Made by a program: the position numbers and the translations under genes. A stretch of DNA of 64,000 bases, from the IMG/VR virus record IMGVR_UViG_3300045988_177924. One strand, given 5' to 3'. This document shows positions 25,683 to 33,688 of this stretch, piece by piece. The notes under the pieces were generated by a model. It saw only the letters and a program-made list of their open reading frames with translations. It did not search any database and had not been told where the DNA came from. Origin of the DNA: a virus. Numbering within the stretch: the stretch's first letter is position 1; every line of letters starts with the position of its first letter.

Positions 25683-27722
25683 TTATGCCACTTCTGGCAT
25701 TTTAATGAAACTGCTTCCCATCCCGTATTGGGTAGAAGTTGAAGTTAGAATTGCTTCGTTACATTCAATATTGTTTTGACGTAACCACCTTACCACAGTA
25801 GGAATCGCTTCTGTGTCATTACCCAGCCACCTATTCCCAAAACCATGGATTTGCCTGATCCGTAATCCAGCCACCTTGCCATCGGCGACTCCAATTTCTA
25901 CTTCAATTGTGTAGAAAGGTTTATCGGGTTCCGACTTTTTACGCAAGAACATAATAGTTGTAGAACCGATACTGTGCTCATGTGCGTAACCTCCTACACA
26001 ATGATGAAGGGACATACCTTCTTTACATATTTCGTCTTCATCTTTTGGTAGTCTAATGAGATAATTTTCATCGTCGTACTCAAGCTGTCCTCTGAATTCC
26101 AACTTTGGTTTGTTTTCTTTCTGTATCCTTTCCGCTCTTTGGCGAGCTTCTTCAGCATACATTGCTTGTCTCTGTTGTTGTTGTTCATTCAGTAATCGTG
26201 TGTACAAATCGTGCAATCGGTGTAACTCGGAGACGGCAACGACTGGCAGCTCAGGGCGCGGCCAATTTAACGATCTCCATGTTCGAGATGTGTCCAACAA
26301 TAGATCAATATTATGGGTTACTTGGGGATGCTTGATAACTTTGGGTAACATTTGATTTATCCACGCTGTTGTTTCGGGCGTATTATAAACATTCTCTGTT
26401 AGGTCTCGTAAGCGCTCCAAATTGTTGATATATATGTCAGTTGTTTGATTATCTAGCGATGCGGCATTAGGGCCAACAATCTTACGAAATGTTGCGATTT
26501 TTGTGCGATTTGTATAATAAGCGTTTGTATATGTGGCGGATATTAAGCGCCCAAGTTGATATTTGTTTAAACCCAACCATTTATCAACAGTTGTTGCTTT
26601 TTGATTGAGGTCAGACCCAAAAATCTCGGTTTGGTAATGTGGGTCCAGTGTGTTAATTAGTTGGACCCCTTTATATGATTTTGCTAATTGTTCATACATT
26701 GGATTTTTTACCATTATGGCCAACGCTTTTAGCGTGCTAAATTTTGTTTCTTCCGGATTTTCACAATAATAATAATTATCATCACCACGCCAGCTAGTTT
26801 GTTTTATGACCGGTTTCGCAAATAAACCAGCATATTTCTTAAACATCCCATCTTGTAAATCTTCGGGATTGTAAATTGTAACGTCGTTCAGGTTGGAGTA
26901 CGCACAGCTTACATCATAGTTTGGCGCTTTTGCGGCCGCGAAATTTTTGCCATCGTAATAGAACCGCATTGCTTGTCCCCACTTTGCCTTTGATTCTACA
27001 ATGGATATGCCAGGGAAATTCCTAACAATACCCACATTGAGGGTATTATCTGGAAATACTGTAGGTGCTTGGGAGAGCAAGTCATTTCCTTTGGCAATCA
27101 ACGCTGCTTTAGCAGTTTTGGATGTGTTAATCGTAAGTTGTCGCTGATATGTGAGATATTTTGTCACATAATCAATTTTTGTCCACGAAAAATTCGCATA
27201 CTCAATTTTGTCGTCGGGAAACAGCTCGTTGTAAATTTGAGCTCTTCTGTGCATACTTGTATCTCGCAAAATATCTTTGACAATCTCTATTGATGCGTGC
27301 GAGCCGTCGCTCAAAAAGAGTCGACGCGGATATTCCGATAAATCCACAAAATATCTTTCTGTGTTACCCGACCAATATTGAATATATTTATATTTAAACG
27401 TACGAATTTCGCCAGGTTTAGCGCGATTCATTGGGATTTCAACATATGCTAATTCCATCACTTGTTGTTTGCGATGGTATTTAATATACGTCAATAGCGG
27501 GGTCGCGCCTGCGGAATATTGTAAATATAGGGAAGATAAATTCTCCCATTTCAGAAGTGCGTTGCTTTCATCGTATGACAATCTTTTGCCGGTTGACAAA
27601 TCATGATAAATCTGACCTTCTGTTTTTGTAGACCAACGTAAGATGATTTTTGGTGTATATTTGGGATCGGGATTGGGTTCTTTTGCTACAATGTTTTTAA
27701 TGATTTTTTGAATATTTTTCAT
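25683..27722 (-). CDS. large protein with C-terminal PcfJ-like domain (679 aa)
   Basis: SD AAAGGAGA; C-terminal KEGMSLHHCVGGYAHEH...FYTIEVE...IRQIHGFGNRW resembles the PcfJ family signature (HCVxxY ... Q..G..N) as I remember it. Confidence 0.5.
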   Translation of the reverse strand: MKNIQKIIKNIVAKEPNPDPKYTPKIILRWSTKTEGQIYHDLSTGKRLSYDESNALLKWENLSSLYLQYSAGATPLLTYIKYHRKQQVMELAYVEIPMNRAKPGEIRTFKYKYIQYWSGNTERYFVDLSEYPRRLFLSDGSHASIEIVKDILRDTSMHRRAQIYNELFPDDKIEYANFSWTKIDYVTKYLTYQRQLTINTSKTAKAALIAKGNDLLSQAPTVFPDNTLNVGIVRNFPGISIVESKAKWGQAMRFYYDGKNFAAAKAPNYDVSCAYSNLNDVTIYNPEDLQDGMFKKYAGLFAKPVIKQTSWRGDDNYYYCENPEETKFSTLKALAIMVKNPMYEQLAKSYKGVQLINTLDPHYQTEIFGSDLNQKATTVDKWLGLNKYQLGRLISATYTNAYYTNRTKIATFRKIVGPNAASLDNQTTDIYINNLERLRDLTENVYNTPETTAWINQMLPKVIKHPQVTHNIDLLLDTSRTWRSLNWPRPELPVVAVSELHRLHDLYTRLLNEQQQQRQAMYAEEARQRAERIQKENKPKLEFRGQLEYDDENYLIRLPKDEDEICKEGMSLHHCVGGYAHEHSIGSTTIMFLRKKSEPDKPFYTIEVEIGVADGKVAGLRIRQIHGFGNRWLGNDTEAIPTVVRWLRQNNIECNEAILTSTSTQYGMGSSFIKMPEVA

Positions 27723-27749
27723 TTTTAATTCTCCTTTTATTTGTGTATT

Positions 27750-28343
27750 TTAAAACAACCAAATGTTTCTATGTTTGTTGATGTGTTTGCGGCAGCTCTC
27801 GTCGCCGGTGAAGAGACATTCCTCTTCATTGAGATAATACCATTTGCCTGTTCCCTCTTCTTGTTCGAAGTCAGGATTGATATTCCCTTCTTTGTACATT
27901 GTCACCGTCGTACGGACGGGTTCGAACGTTTGAGGATTTAACATCCAATACCGTTTTGTATAGGATTTGATTTCTTGTCCAGGGACAAGAGTTTGTAATA
28001 AGGCAAATTTTTCTACCTTGTTGCCTTGATATAATTTGACGAGGTCTTCTTCCTCGTAAACTGACACCGCTTTGGTAGGCAGTTCTTCGATTTCGATCTC
28101 ATAGTCATTTCTGCGCATTGACCACCCTTTGCGCAATGCCAGCCATTTGGCTTCTTCCATTGCTGCAGTAGTGTTCCTGCGCGGCAAGGAGTGGAATTCT
28201 TCCACGACGTTTTGAAACACTGTTTCGGTGATGATGTTTTCGTCCCATTCTTCTTGGTTCATCGGATGGGTTGGGGCAACTGGAACTTGTTTTTCTACAT
28301 TGTAGAACGTAGCTTTGACAGTTGCGATAATGTAATTTTTCAT
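27750..28343 (-). CDS. hypothetical protein (197 aa)
   Basis: SD GAAAGGAGAA; preceded by structured leader E1. Confidence 0.6.
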   Translation of the reverse strand: MKNYIIATVKATFYNVEKQVPVAPTHPMNQEEWDENIITETVFQNVVEEFHSLPRRNTTAAMEEAKWLALRKGWSMRRNDYEIEIEELPTKAVSVYEEEDLVKLYQGNKVEKFALLQTLVPGQEIKSYTKRYWMLNPQTFEPVRTTVTMYKEGNINPDFEQEEGTGKWYYLNEEECLFTGDESCRKHINKHRNIWLF

Positions 28344-28490
28344 AATGATTCTCCTTTCTATGCCATTAGTCTTCGATTAGCAAGATTTTTATTTTACGAA
28401 GATGATGCCATTATGAACACCATGAGCGCCACCCTCCTAAGAGGGCAACGGACTTGCACCGTTCACGCTTTCGCGCGGGCCTTGCGGTGA
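28344..28490 (-). ncRNA. conserved structured 5' leader, copy E1
   Basis: minus-strand blocks UAAUCACCGCAAGGCCCGC, ACGG-UGCAAGU-CCGU, GGCGCUCAUGGUG and GGCAUAGAAAGGAGAA are shared with E2; intervening hairpins differ in sequence but not in shape. Confidence 0.45.
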
Positions 28491-28982
28491 TTAACTCTCG
28501 TAAGATTCGAGAGCGTCCTCCAAATAATCAGTTCTTGCTCTTTCGAGCAAGAGTGATTTGGTAAGGGCATTCTTTTTGCCCTTGGTTGCTTTGAGCTCAT
28601 CTTCGGTGAGCGATGCGACAACTGTCGCTTGCGGCGTGAGTAAGACACCTTTCTTATAATCAATATAAGTTTCGGTGTCGATTTCGCTCTCGGCAGAGGT
28701 TACAATCTCATCAACGTTGTAGCCTTTAGTTAGAAGCATGAAACAAGAGGTCATCATGCTTTTTGCCTTATCGCTGTCGCCGGCGCAAACATCGATGCAA
28801 ATCTGCGCGAAGTGCACAGCAGCTTGCTTGTCGGCCTCGCCGTTGTAGCAGAATTTTTCTTTGCTGCCATCGGGAAACTCGATTGTTTCGATGCCGAGGT
28901 TGATATTCCCATCTGCTTTCATTGCGTCGAGGGCGTTGATGATGTTGGGGGTTGATACAGTTTGATTGATTTTAATTGACAT
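28491..28982 (-). CDS. hypothetical protein (163 aa)
   Basis: SD TAGGAGGA. Confidence 0.6.
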   Translation of the reverse strand: MSIKINQTVSTPNIINALDAMKADGNINLGIETIEFPDGSKEKFCYNGEADKQAAVHFAQICIDVCAGDSDKAKSMMTSCFMLLTKGYNVDEIVTSAESEIDTETYIDYKKGVLLTPQATVVASLTEDELKATKGKKNALTKSLLLERARTDYLEDALESYES

Positions 28983-29015
28983 ATATATGTCCTCCTATAT
29001 AATAATATTTTTTAA

Positions 29016-29411
29016 TTAAATGTTTACCACTCTTTCGCAAGCGGTTTTGATTCCGATAGGCATTGACCTATCATAGAATCGATCAGTGTGATCAGCCATT
29101 CGGGTGATCAACGTATAAATTTGATCAAGTTTATTGCAGAAAGGACTACAATAAACTTCAGTCCAGTTATAGGTTCCTCCTGAGAGTTTGCTTCCCGCCG
29201 GCAGCCCACTCGGGGTTTTCTTGGCTATGATGCAAAGATACATATAGCCTTCGGGGGAAAATTGAGCTAAGGAGATTTTCACCTTTTGTTGCTTAAAAGT
29301 CAATAAGACCTGTGAGTTTTCCACACCACTTAACGGGTGTTGTTTGACGACGACTTTGATGTTGTCGTCTTTGTGTTGGTTGATATAGTTTGTTAGGTCG
29401 TGGATAAGCAT
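29016..29411 (-). CDS. hypothetical protein (131 aa)
   Basis: SD AAAGGAGGTG. Confidence 0.6.
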   Translation of the reverse strand: MLIHDLTNYINQHKDDNIKVVVKQHPLSGVENSQVLLTFKQQKVKISLAQFSPEGYMYLCIIAKKTPSGLPAGSKLSGGTYNWTEVYCSPFCNKLDQIYTLITRMADHTDRFYDRSMPIGIKTACERVVNI

Positions 29412-29426
29412 ATCGCTTCACCTCCT

Positions 29427-29555
29427 TTATGTATTGGCTTGCGAGCAGGTTCCCCACTCGCAAGAGCGAGTTGTGCAGTCTTTGCACGGATCGTCTTCTA
29501 TAGTTGCTTCATATTCCTTGAGGTATTCCTCGATGGTGATTTGTTGGTATGGCAT
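29427..29555 (-). CDS. hypothetical Cys-containing micro-protein (42 aa)
   Basis: SD TGGAGG before ATG 29555; below the ORF-track cut-off. Confidence 0.4.
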   Translation of the reverse strand: MPYQQITIEEYLKEYEATIEDDPCKDCTTRSCEWGTCSQANT

Positions 29556-29738
29556 AATAACCTCCAATTAAAAAGTTTTTGTTTTTATATTTAATACCTC
29601 TTCTAAGGTATATAAATATCTTTCGTGGGTAAAAACTACAACGTTAAAGAGTTTCGCCACCGCATAAGCGCGGTGGCGATTGGTGTAGTCTTTTTGCTTA
29701 TTATTGATAAAAAGAGTATAAATTATCATAAACCCTCC

Positions 29739-29924
29739 TTAATCGATATTATCAACAGTGACTTGATATGTCACGTTGATTTTCAGTTGATGTATCAACG
29801 ACATTGAAAGATCATCACCGAGTTCAAATACATTGATTTCCCTCGGTGTTGCCATCGTCATTGTCGCGACGATGACGCCGTTGTTGTTATAGAAAATAAA
29901 ATTATAATGTTTTACATTTTTCAT
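29739..29924 (-). CDS. hypothetical protein (61 aa)
   Basis: SD GAGGAGGAA; ATGA-type overlap with the upstream gene. Confidence 0.5.
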   Translation of the reverse strand: MKNVKHYNFIFYNNNGVIVATMTMATPREINVFELGDDLSMSLIHQLKINVTYQVTVDNID

Positions 29925-30352
29925 TTTGTTATTCCTCCTCTCTCTTTTTTGTAGGCGTCTAACTTTTGTTCGGCGCGTTGGACATCGATGATGGGGTCGC
30001 CAAAATCGTAGTAGGATTCAACAATCCCTTCTTTGCCGATTTCGTACTCATCGATTTCATAACCATATTCGTCAATTGCAATATCAAACCCAAGTGGGGA
30101 TATATAATATTCCTCAAATGAACTTGCTAAATCACTTAGATTTAGATAATATTTGTTTCTCTCTTCTTCAGAAAGAGTGGAACAAAATACTTGTTTCATT
30201 TTCTTGAAAAGATATAAATCTTCCTCAAGAAGATTACGATTGTGTTTGATCCACTCAGTTGCTTGCTCTTTGTCATCAAAGATACAATAAGCAAAGTTTT
30301 GGTTATTTTCACCGTCAAAATAATCAATTTTCGAAATATAAACTTTTTTCAT
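29921..30352 (-). CDS. hypothetical acidic protein (143 aa)
   Basis: SD AAAGGAGGA before ATG 30352. Confidence 0.6.
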   Translation of the reverse strand: MKKVYISKIDYFDGENNQNFAYCIFDDKEQATEWIKHNRNLLEEDLYLFKKMKQVFCSTLSEEERNKYYLNLSDLASSFEEYYISPLGFDIAIDEYGYEIDEYEIGKEGIVESYYDFGDPIIDVQRAEQKLDAYKKERGGITK

Positions 30353-30356
30353 TTTC

Positions 30357-30560
30357 TTAGTCCTCCTTTTCTTTAAGAACGTTGAACGTCCCAACGATAT
30401 TATAATCGTTGATCTTGTTGATTAAGCTGTCCGCCGCCCCCAGGTTGCCCAGAAGCAGTTGTACTTCTGCTGCATCCAGCAAAAGTTGGTCGTAACGGGA
30501 GAGTTGCCTCTCTTCTGCAACTTGATCGAGTTCATCGATCCATGATTTAATATTTTTCAT
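30357..30560 (-). CDS. hypothetical protein (67 aa)
   Basis: SD GAAAGGAGAA before ATG 30560; the longer track ORF has no SD and would run into leader E2. Confidence 0.5.
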   Translation of the reverse strand: MKNIKSWIDELDQVAEERQLSRYDQLLLDAAEVQLLLGNLGAADSLINKINDYNIVGTFNVLKEKED

Positions 30561-30706
30561 AACGGTTTCTCCTTTCCCTGCCATGGGACCCCTAGCAATA
30601 ATAAAGTTTTTCGGGGACGGTGTCGTTATGCCCACCATAAGCGCCGCGTATTTCTACGCATCGGACTTGCACCGATCACCTCCGAGGGGGCGGGCCTTGC
30701 GGTGAT
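30561..30706 (-). ncRNA. conserved structured 5' leader, copy E2
   Basis: see E1; AUCGG-UGCAAGU-CCGAU hairpin co-varies with E1 AACGG/CCGUU. Confidence 0.45.
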
Positions 30707-30949
30707 TTATTTTAGTATTTCGCCGAAATTGTCGGTGACAAGTTGTTTGGCGACATCCGTCAAGTGGTGGATACACTTGCTGTAAGTCTCCGTTTTGCCT
30801 TCGACTTTAGCCCTGTATTCGGGCGTTATGGCGAAGGAAATTTTGGTGGCATTGGACATTTCTTTATCGAGTTGGGTGTTTACCCATATGACAAAATCGT
30901 TGACAAAGCCAACGATTGCCGCGATTTGGTCGGCGGTATAATTTTTCAT
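30707..30949 (-). CDS. hypothetical protein (80 aa)
   Basis: SD AAAGGAGG before ATG 30949. Confidence 0.55.
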   Translation of the reverse strand: MKNYTADQIAAIVGFVNDFVIWVNTQLDKEMSNATKISFAITPEYRAKVEGKTETYSKCIHHLTDVAKQLVTDNFGEILK

Positions 30950-30971
30950 AATAGCCTCCTTTTGCTTGGGG

Positions 30972-31391
30972 TTAGATGTTGCCCCAAACATCTAATTTGT
31001 TATAGTGTGCCTGGCAGGTTCCCCTGCGAGAATGCCCTCCACTATAATAAAACATGCCGTCTCCGGCATATATTTTGCGGCGGAGAAAGTCTTCCTCCAT
31101 TTTGATATTGTGATCTATAACCACAATTTTATTAATTTTAACATTGTTAAAATTAATATAGTAATACACTGGGACCAGTGCAACCTGGTCTCCTTTTTGG
31201 AGAGATGCCAAGGTTTTGGCGTTCTCCTTTTGAAGTTTTTTAATCTTTTCCCCGAGAGGGAAGATTTTGTATTGGACCGGACGAGAGGTCCAATTTTTTA
31301 ACGTGGCTTCTGCTACTTTGCGGACGTTGCCGCGTGTGGCGTTGACGACGATGTCGCCCATTTGTGTTTTAATGATAAATTGTTTTTTCAT
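30972..31391 (-). CDS. hypothetical basic protein (139 aa)
   Basis: SD GAAAGGAGAA; preceded by leader E3. Confidence 0.6.
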   Translation of the reverse strand: MKKQFIIKTQMGDIVVNATRGNVRKVAEATLKNWTSRPVQYKIFPLGEKIKKLQKENAKTLASLQKGDQVALVPVYYYINFNNVKINKIVVIDHNIKMEEDFLRRKIYAGDGMFYYSGGHSRRGTCQAHYNKLDVWGNI

Positions 31392-31761
31392 AGTGTTTCT
31401 CCTTTCCTGGCTAGGGAACCCGATTCGCCATTGTTTAGTTTTGTTTTACGGGTTGCCGAACTATGAACGGCAATGCTGATGGTTTCGGCTCATGCCGTCA
31501 TCAGGCCACGGACTTTTACCGTGACGACCATCTGTCCCGAGCAAGGGTTTAAGCTTACTCGGGACATTGTGTGATTTTTACATATTTTACCTCCCCACCC
31601 CCGCTTGGGTGTATTGTATTTCACGGCTCCTTAATAAGAGAATTGTTCCCACTCACTCGCTTGTGAGCAGTTGAATAAACGTTCCTCTTCCCCTTCGGAG
31701 GGGTAACCTATCTCTCTTAAAGCGGTAAGAGAGCAATTGTGGGACTATATCCCACGACAAC
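31392..31761 (-). ncRNA. conserved structured 5' leader, extended copy E3
   Basis: 3' half aligns with E1/E2 (AAUCACACAAUG, CACGG-UAAAAGU-CCGUG, UUCAUAGU, CCAGGAAAGGAGAA); 5' half adds four more clean hairpins. Confidence 0.45.
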
Positions 31762-32163
31762 TTATAGATTAAAAATTTCTATAAGTTTTTGGCAATTCTC
31801 GCGAGGATTGCGTTTGTCCCATTGCATTGGGACACCTTTATTTTTGTGGTTTTTTATTTCACCACAAAACGTGTGAAAAGATATTTGTATCTTTTCTTGT
31901 GTATTATAAAAATACACTACGCGGGATTTGTTCCCGTTTTGATCAGGCATTTCTACCACATAATAACGGAATTGGCATTCCGTTATTTTTGAAGAATTAA
32001 TAAGGCTTATGGCCTTAATTATTTCTTTATCTTTGAGGGAATACCCCCAAAGTTTTGCGCGTTTGTCGCCTTCAAGGGAAAGGATATTTAATCCTTTCCC
32101 GGCGTCCGACGCTGTTTGTGCCAGACAAATATGTCTGGCAATTTCTTTATTGAGATTAAACAT
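31762..32163 (-). CDS. hypothetical protein (133 aa)
   Basis: SD TAAGGAGG. Confidence 0.6.
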   Translation of the reverse strand: MFNLNKEIARHICLAQTASDAGKGLNILSLEGDKRAKLWGYSLKDKEIIKAISLINSSKITECQFRYYVVEMPDQNGNKSRVVYFYNTQEKIQISFHTFCGEIKNHKNKGVPMQWDKRNPRENCQKLIEIFNL

Positions 32164-32178
32164 ATTGAATTTACCTCC

Positions 32179-32343
32179 TTATTCTTGTGTCAAAGACACA
32201 ATTTTTACAGCGCTGTGGCCGCAAGCCCGCAGTTGTTGCGCGGTTTCTTCAGCACTCTTTCGAGTGATGAAAAAGTTGTTAAAGACCTGCACGGTCTTTG
32301 ACCTGTCGCCGTAAGCGACGTAGTGTATAATCCAAATCTTCAT
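32179..32343 (-). CDS. hypothetical protein (54 aa)
   Basis: SD AAAGGAGGA before ATG 32343; below the ORF-track cut-off. Confidence 0.45.
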   Translation of the reverse strand: MKIWIIHYVAYGDRSKTVQVFNNFFITRKSAEETAQQLRACGHSAVKIVSLTQE

Positions 32344-32357
32344 TAGATTGTCCTCCT

Positions 32358-32657
32358 TTATTTGATGTATTCAGTAAGAACGACGGTGATTTCGCCGTCG
32401 TGTTCGTCTTCATCTTCACAGAAGTAACTGGCAGTTACTCCTTTGATTTTATTGAGGGATTGCGCGACTAACTCAGAGTTATAGAACCAAATGTTGGCAG
32501 GATTTTTGCTTTCAAGCGCCGCTTGAAATACTTCAAAATCCGTAATGTGCATTACGGGTTTCCCAAATGTTTTATATTGCATTTGGATTTTGTTATAGAG
32601 GATATCAGCGATTGTGTCGTTGATAAGCACGGGGTTGTTGTTTTGATTATTTAGCAT
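32358..32657 (-). CDS. hypothetical protein (99 aa)
   Basis: weak SD GGGAAAAGG; first ORF after the long structured region. Confidence 0.55.
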   Translation of the reverse strand: MLNNQNNNPVLINDTIADILYNKIQMQYKTFGKPVMHITDFEVFQAALESKNPANIWFYNSELVAQSLNKIKGVTASYFCEDEDEHDGEITVVLTEYIK

Positions 32658-33499
32658 AAGTTTGCCTTTTCCCTTATCCCTGGGAGCTAGGAGTTATTTT
32701 TGTGCTTTCAGTTCATCTTTCGATGATGCAGAGCCACGACGAGCACGTAAGCACTTGGCTCCATTACTTCTATCCCTTAGACAGTCCTCTCATCCTTGCT
32801 CTTTCTGGTGAGCCCCCTGTCATTTCCGCACCAGGTTTTGCACCCTGGCACGTTTCGGGATATCGGCAATCAGGCTTGCCGCGATTTAGGTTTTGTGCCC
32901 TCTTTGTAAGTGGGACACACGCAGTTGTCTCTGCGCCTGGGGTTGGTTTAACTCCCAGATATACCAATATCAAGTCGTTGCTTGACTCGGAGTGTGCTTA
33001 ACGTAGACTCCTCTACAGGTTAGTTTGTTATTATGTGCAGTCCAACACACCTGAATGTCGTGTTGGGCTTCCAACTTGGTGTGAAAACACACCAACGCTA
33101 ACAAGTACGGCTTTCCCTTTAGCTCCATACTTGTTACGGGAACTGATGAATTTTTCGTTGGCTAGACTACTTACCTCGTTTAAGGTCCCTTCATCTGGGT
33201 TGCTACACTTATTGACGCCAGTGGCAGGCGTATGTTGTTCCCCCGAAAGGAAACATGGGAGTTCCTTGTGGATGGTAAGATTTCATCCCTCTCAAGGGCC
33301 AATCGAGAAGGCCACAAGGAACCATTTATTCCATTCCTGAGAATGGAGTGGGGTGATTAACCCCAACGTGTCAAGTTGTACCGCGAGCGTACTGACTTGA
33401 CACGGAAATTATTTTTTTCGATTGTTGACGGCAGAGCGTCATATTTCCAATCAAAGCTCCTTTTCATCACAGTCTTCACCGTATAAAAAGGCAAGCTAA
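32658..33499 (-). ncRNA. about 0.85 kb ORF-free, G+C-rich, helix-dense region: candidate large structured RNA or long leader
   Basis: no credible ORF; many 5-12-bp helices with G-U pairs only on the minus strand; follows two terminators and a weak promoter. Confidence 0.45.
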
Positions 33500-33505
33500 A
33501 AGTGA

Positions 33506-33534
33506 AATTTACACTTTTTGGAAAGTATTTTCAA
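33506..33534 (-). promoter_or_regulatory. possible promoter TTGAAA-17-TAAATT (reverse strand)
   Basis: TTGAAA at 33534-33529, TAAATT at 33511-33506; weaker than the other promoters. Confidence 0.3.
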
Positions 33535-33602
33535 TCGAAAATACAATTTCAGGACAAAAATATTCATAAACCCATTTTCCCGCCCCAACCCAATTTCCCC
33601 AT

Positions 33603-33634
33603 AAAAAAAAGGCGCCGACATCCGTAGTCAGCGC
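33603..33634 (-). terminator. rho-independent terminator (second of a tandem pair)
   Basis: GCGCUGAC-UACGGAU-GUCGGCGC(C) then U8 on the minus strand. Confidence 0.75.
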
Positions 33635-33654
33635 TCATCTCACCTCACACACAT

Positions 33655-33684
33655 AAAAAAAAGAGGAGCCAGGCACTCCTCTTC
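33655..33684 (-). terminator. rho-independent terminator (first of a tandem pair)
   Basis: AGAGGAG-UGCCUGG-CUCCUCU then U8 on the minus strand, 5 nt after the stop of 33689-33994. Confidence 0.8.
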
Positions 33685-33688
33685 TTAA

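Noticed and set aside
28440-28455. GGUGCAAGUCCG, reminiscent of the cobalamin-riboswitch GGUG.AA.UCC core (also RNase P GAAAGUCC)
   Set aside because: No GCCACUG-type B12 box or GGGAA element follows or precedes it in the required order. The same hairpin type also occurs inside the GIY-YIG intron (40480-40500), so it is probably a generic T-loop-like module.
31479-31506. Hammerhead-like string CUGAUGA-CGGC-AUGA-GCCG-AAAC (minus strand) in leader E3
   Set aside because: If stem II is CGGC/GCCG, the essential G12 of the GAAA core is missing (only AAAC follows). CUGAUG also pairs perfectly with a downstream CAUCAG, and E1/E2 carry an unrelated simple hairpin at this position.
31741-31753. GGGAUAUAGUCCC (minus strand) matching the group I S element AGAUAUAGUCC
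   Set aside because: It lies at the 5' end of the intergenic region with no matching P7 partner or P1. It simply forms a 6-bp hairpin (GUGGGA/UCCCAC). The flanking ORFs have their own stops, SDs and ATGs.
28344-31761. E1-E3 as small group I introns joining the flanking ORFs
   Set aside because: Each downstream ORF has a strong conserved SD and ATG. The flanking proteins are unrelated, with no sign of a split domain. No P7/G-binding core or terminal-G/U.G splice logic could be found.
32725-32760. GAGCCAAGUGCUUACGUGCUCGUCGUGGCUC (minus strand) resembling group II intron domain V
   Set aside because: The loop is not GNRA, the 3' bulge would be 5 nt instead of 2, and there is no GUGYG 5' end, reverse-transcriptase ORF or plausible exon context.
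32702-33340. Plus-strand ORFs of 99 and 101 aa inside the structured region
   Set aside because: They lie on the wrong strand for the surrounding operon and have no SD. They are Pro/Ser/Leu/Cys-rich with a noise-like composition. Helices with G-U pairs favour a minus-strand RNA.
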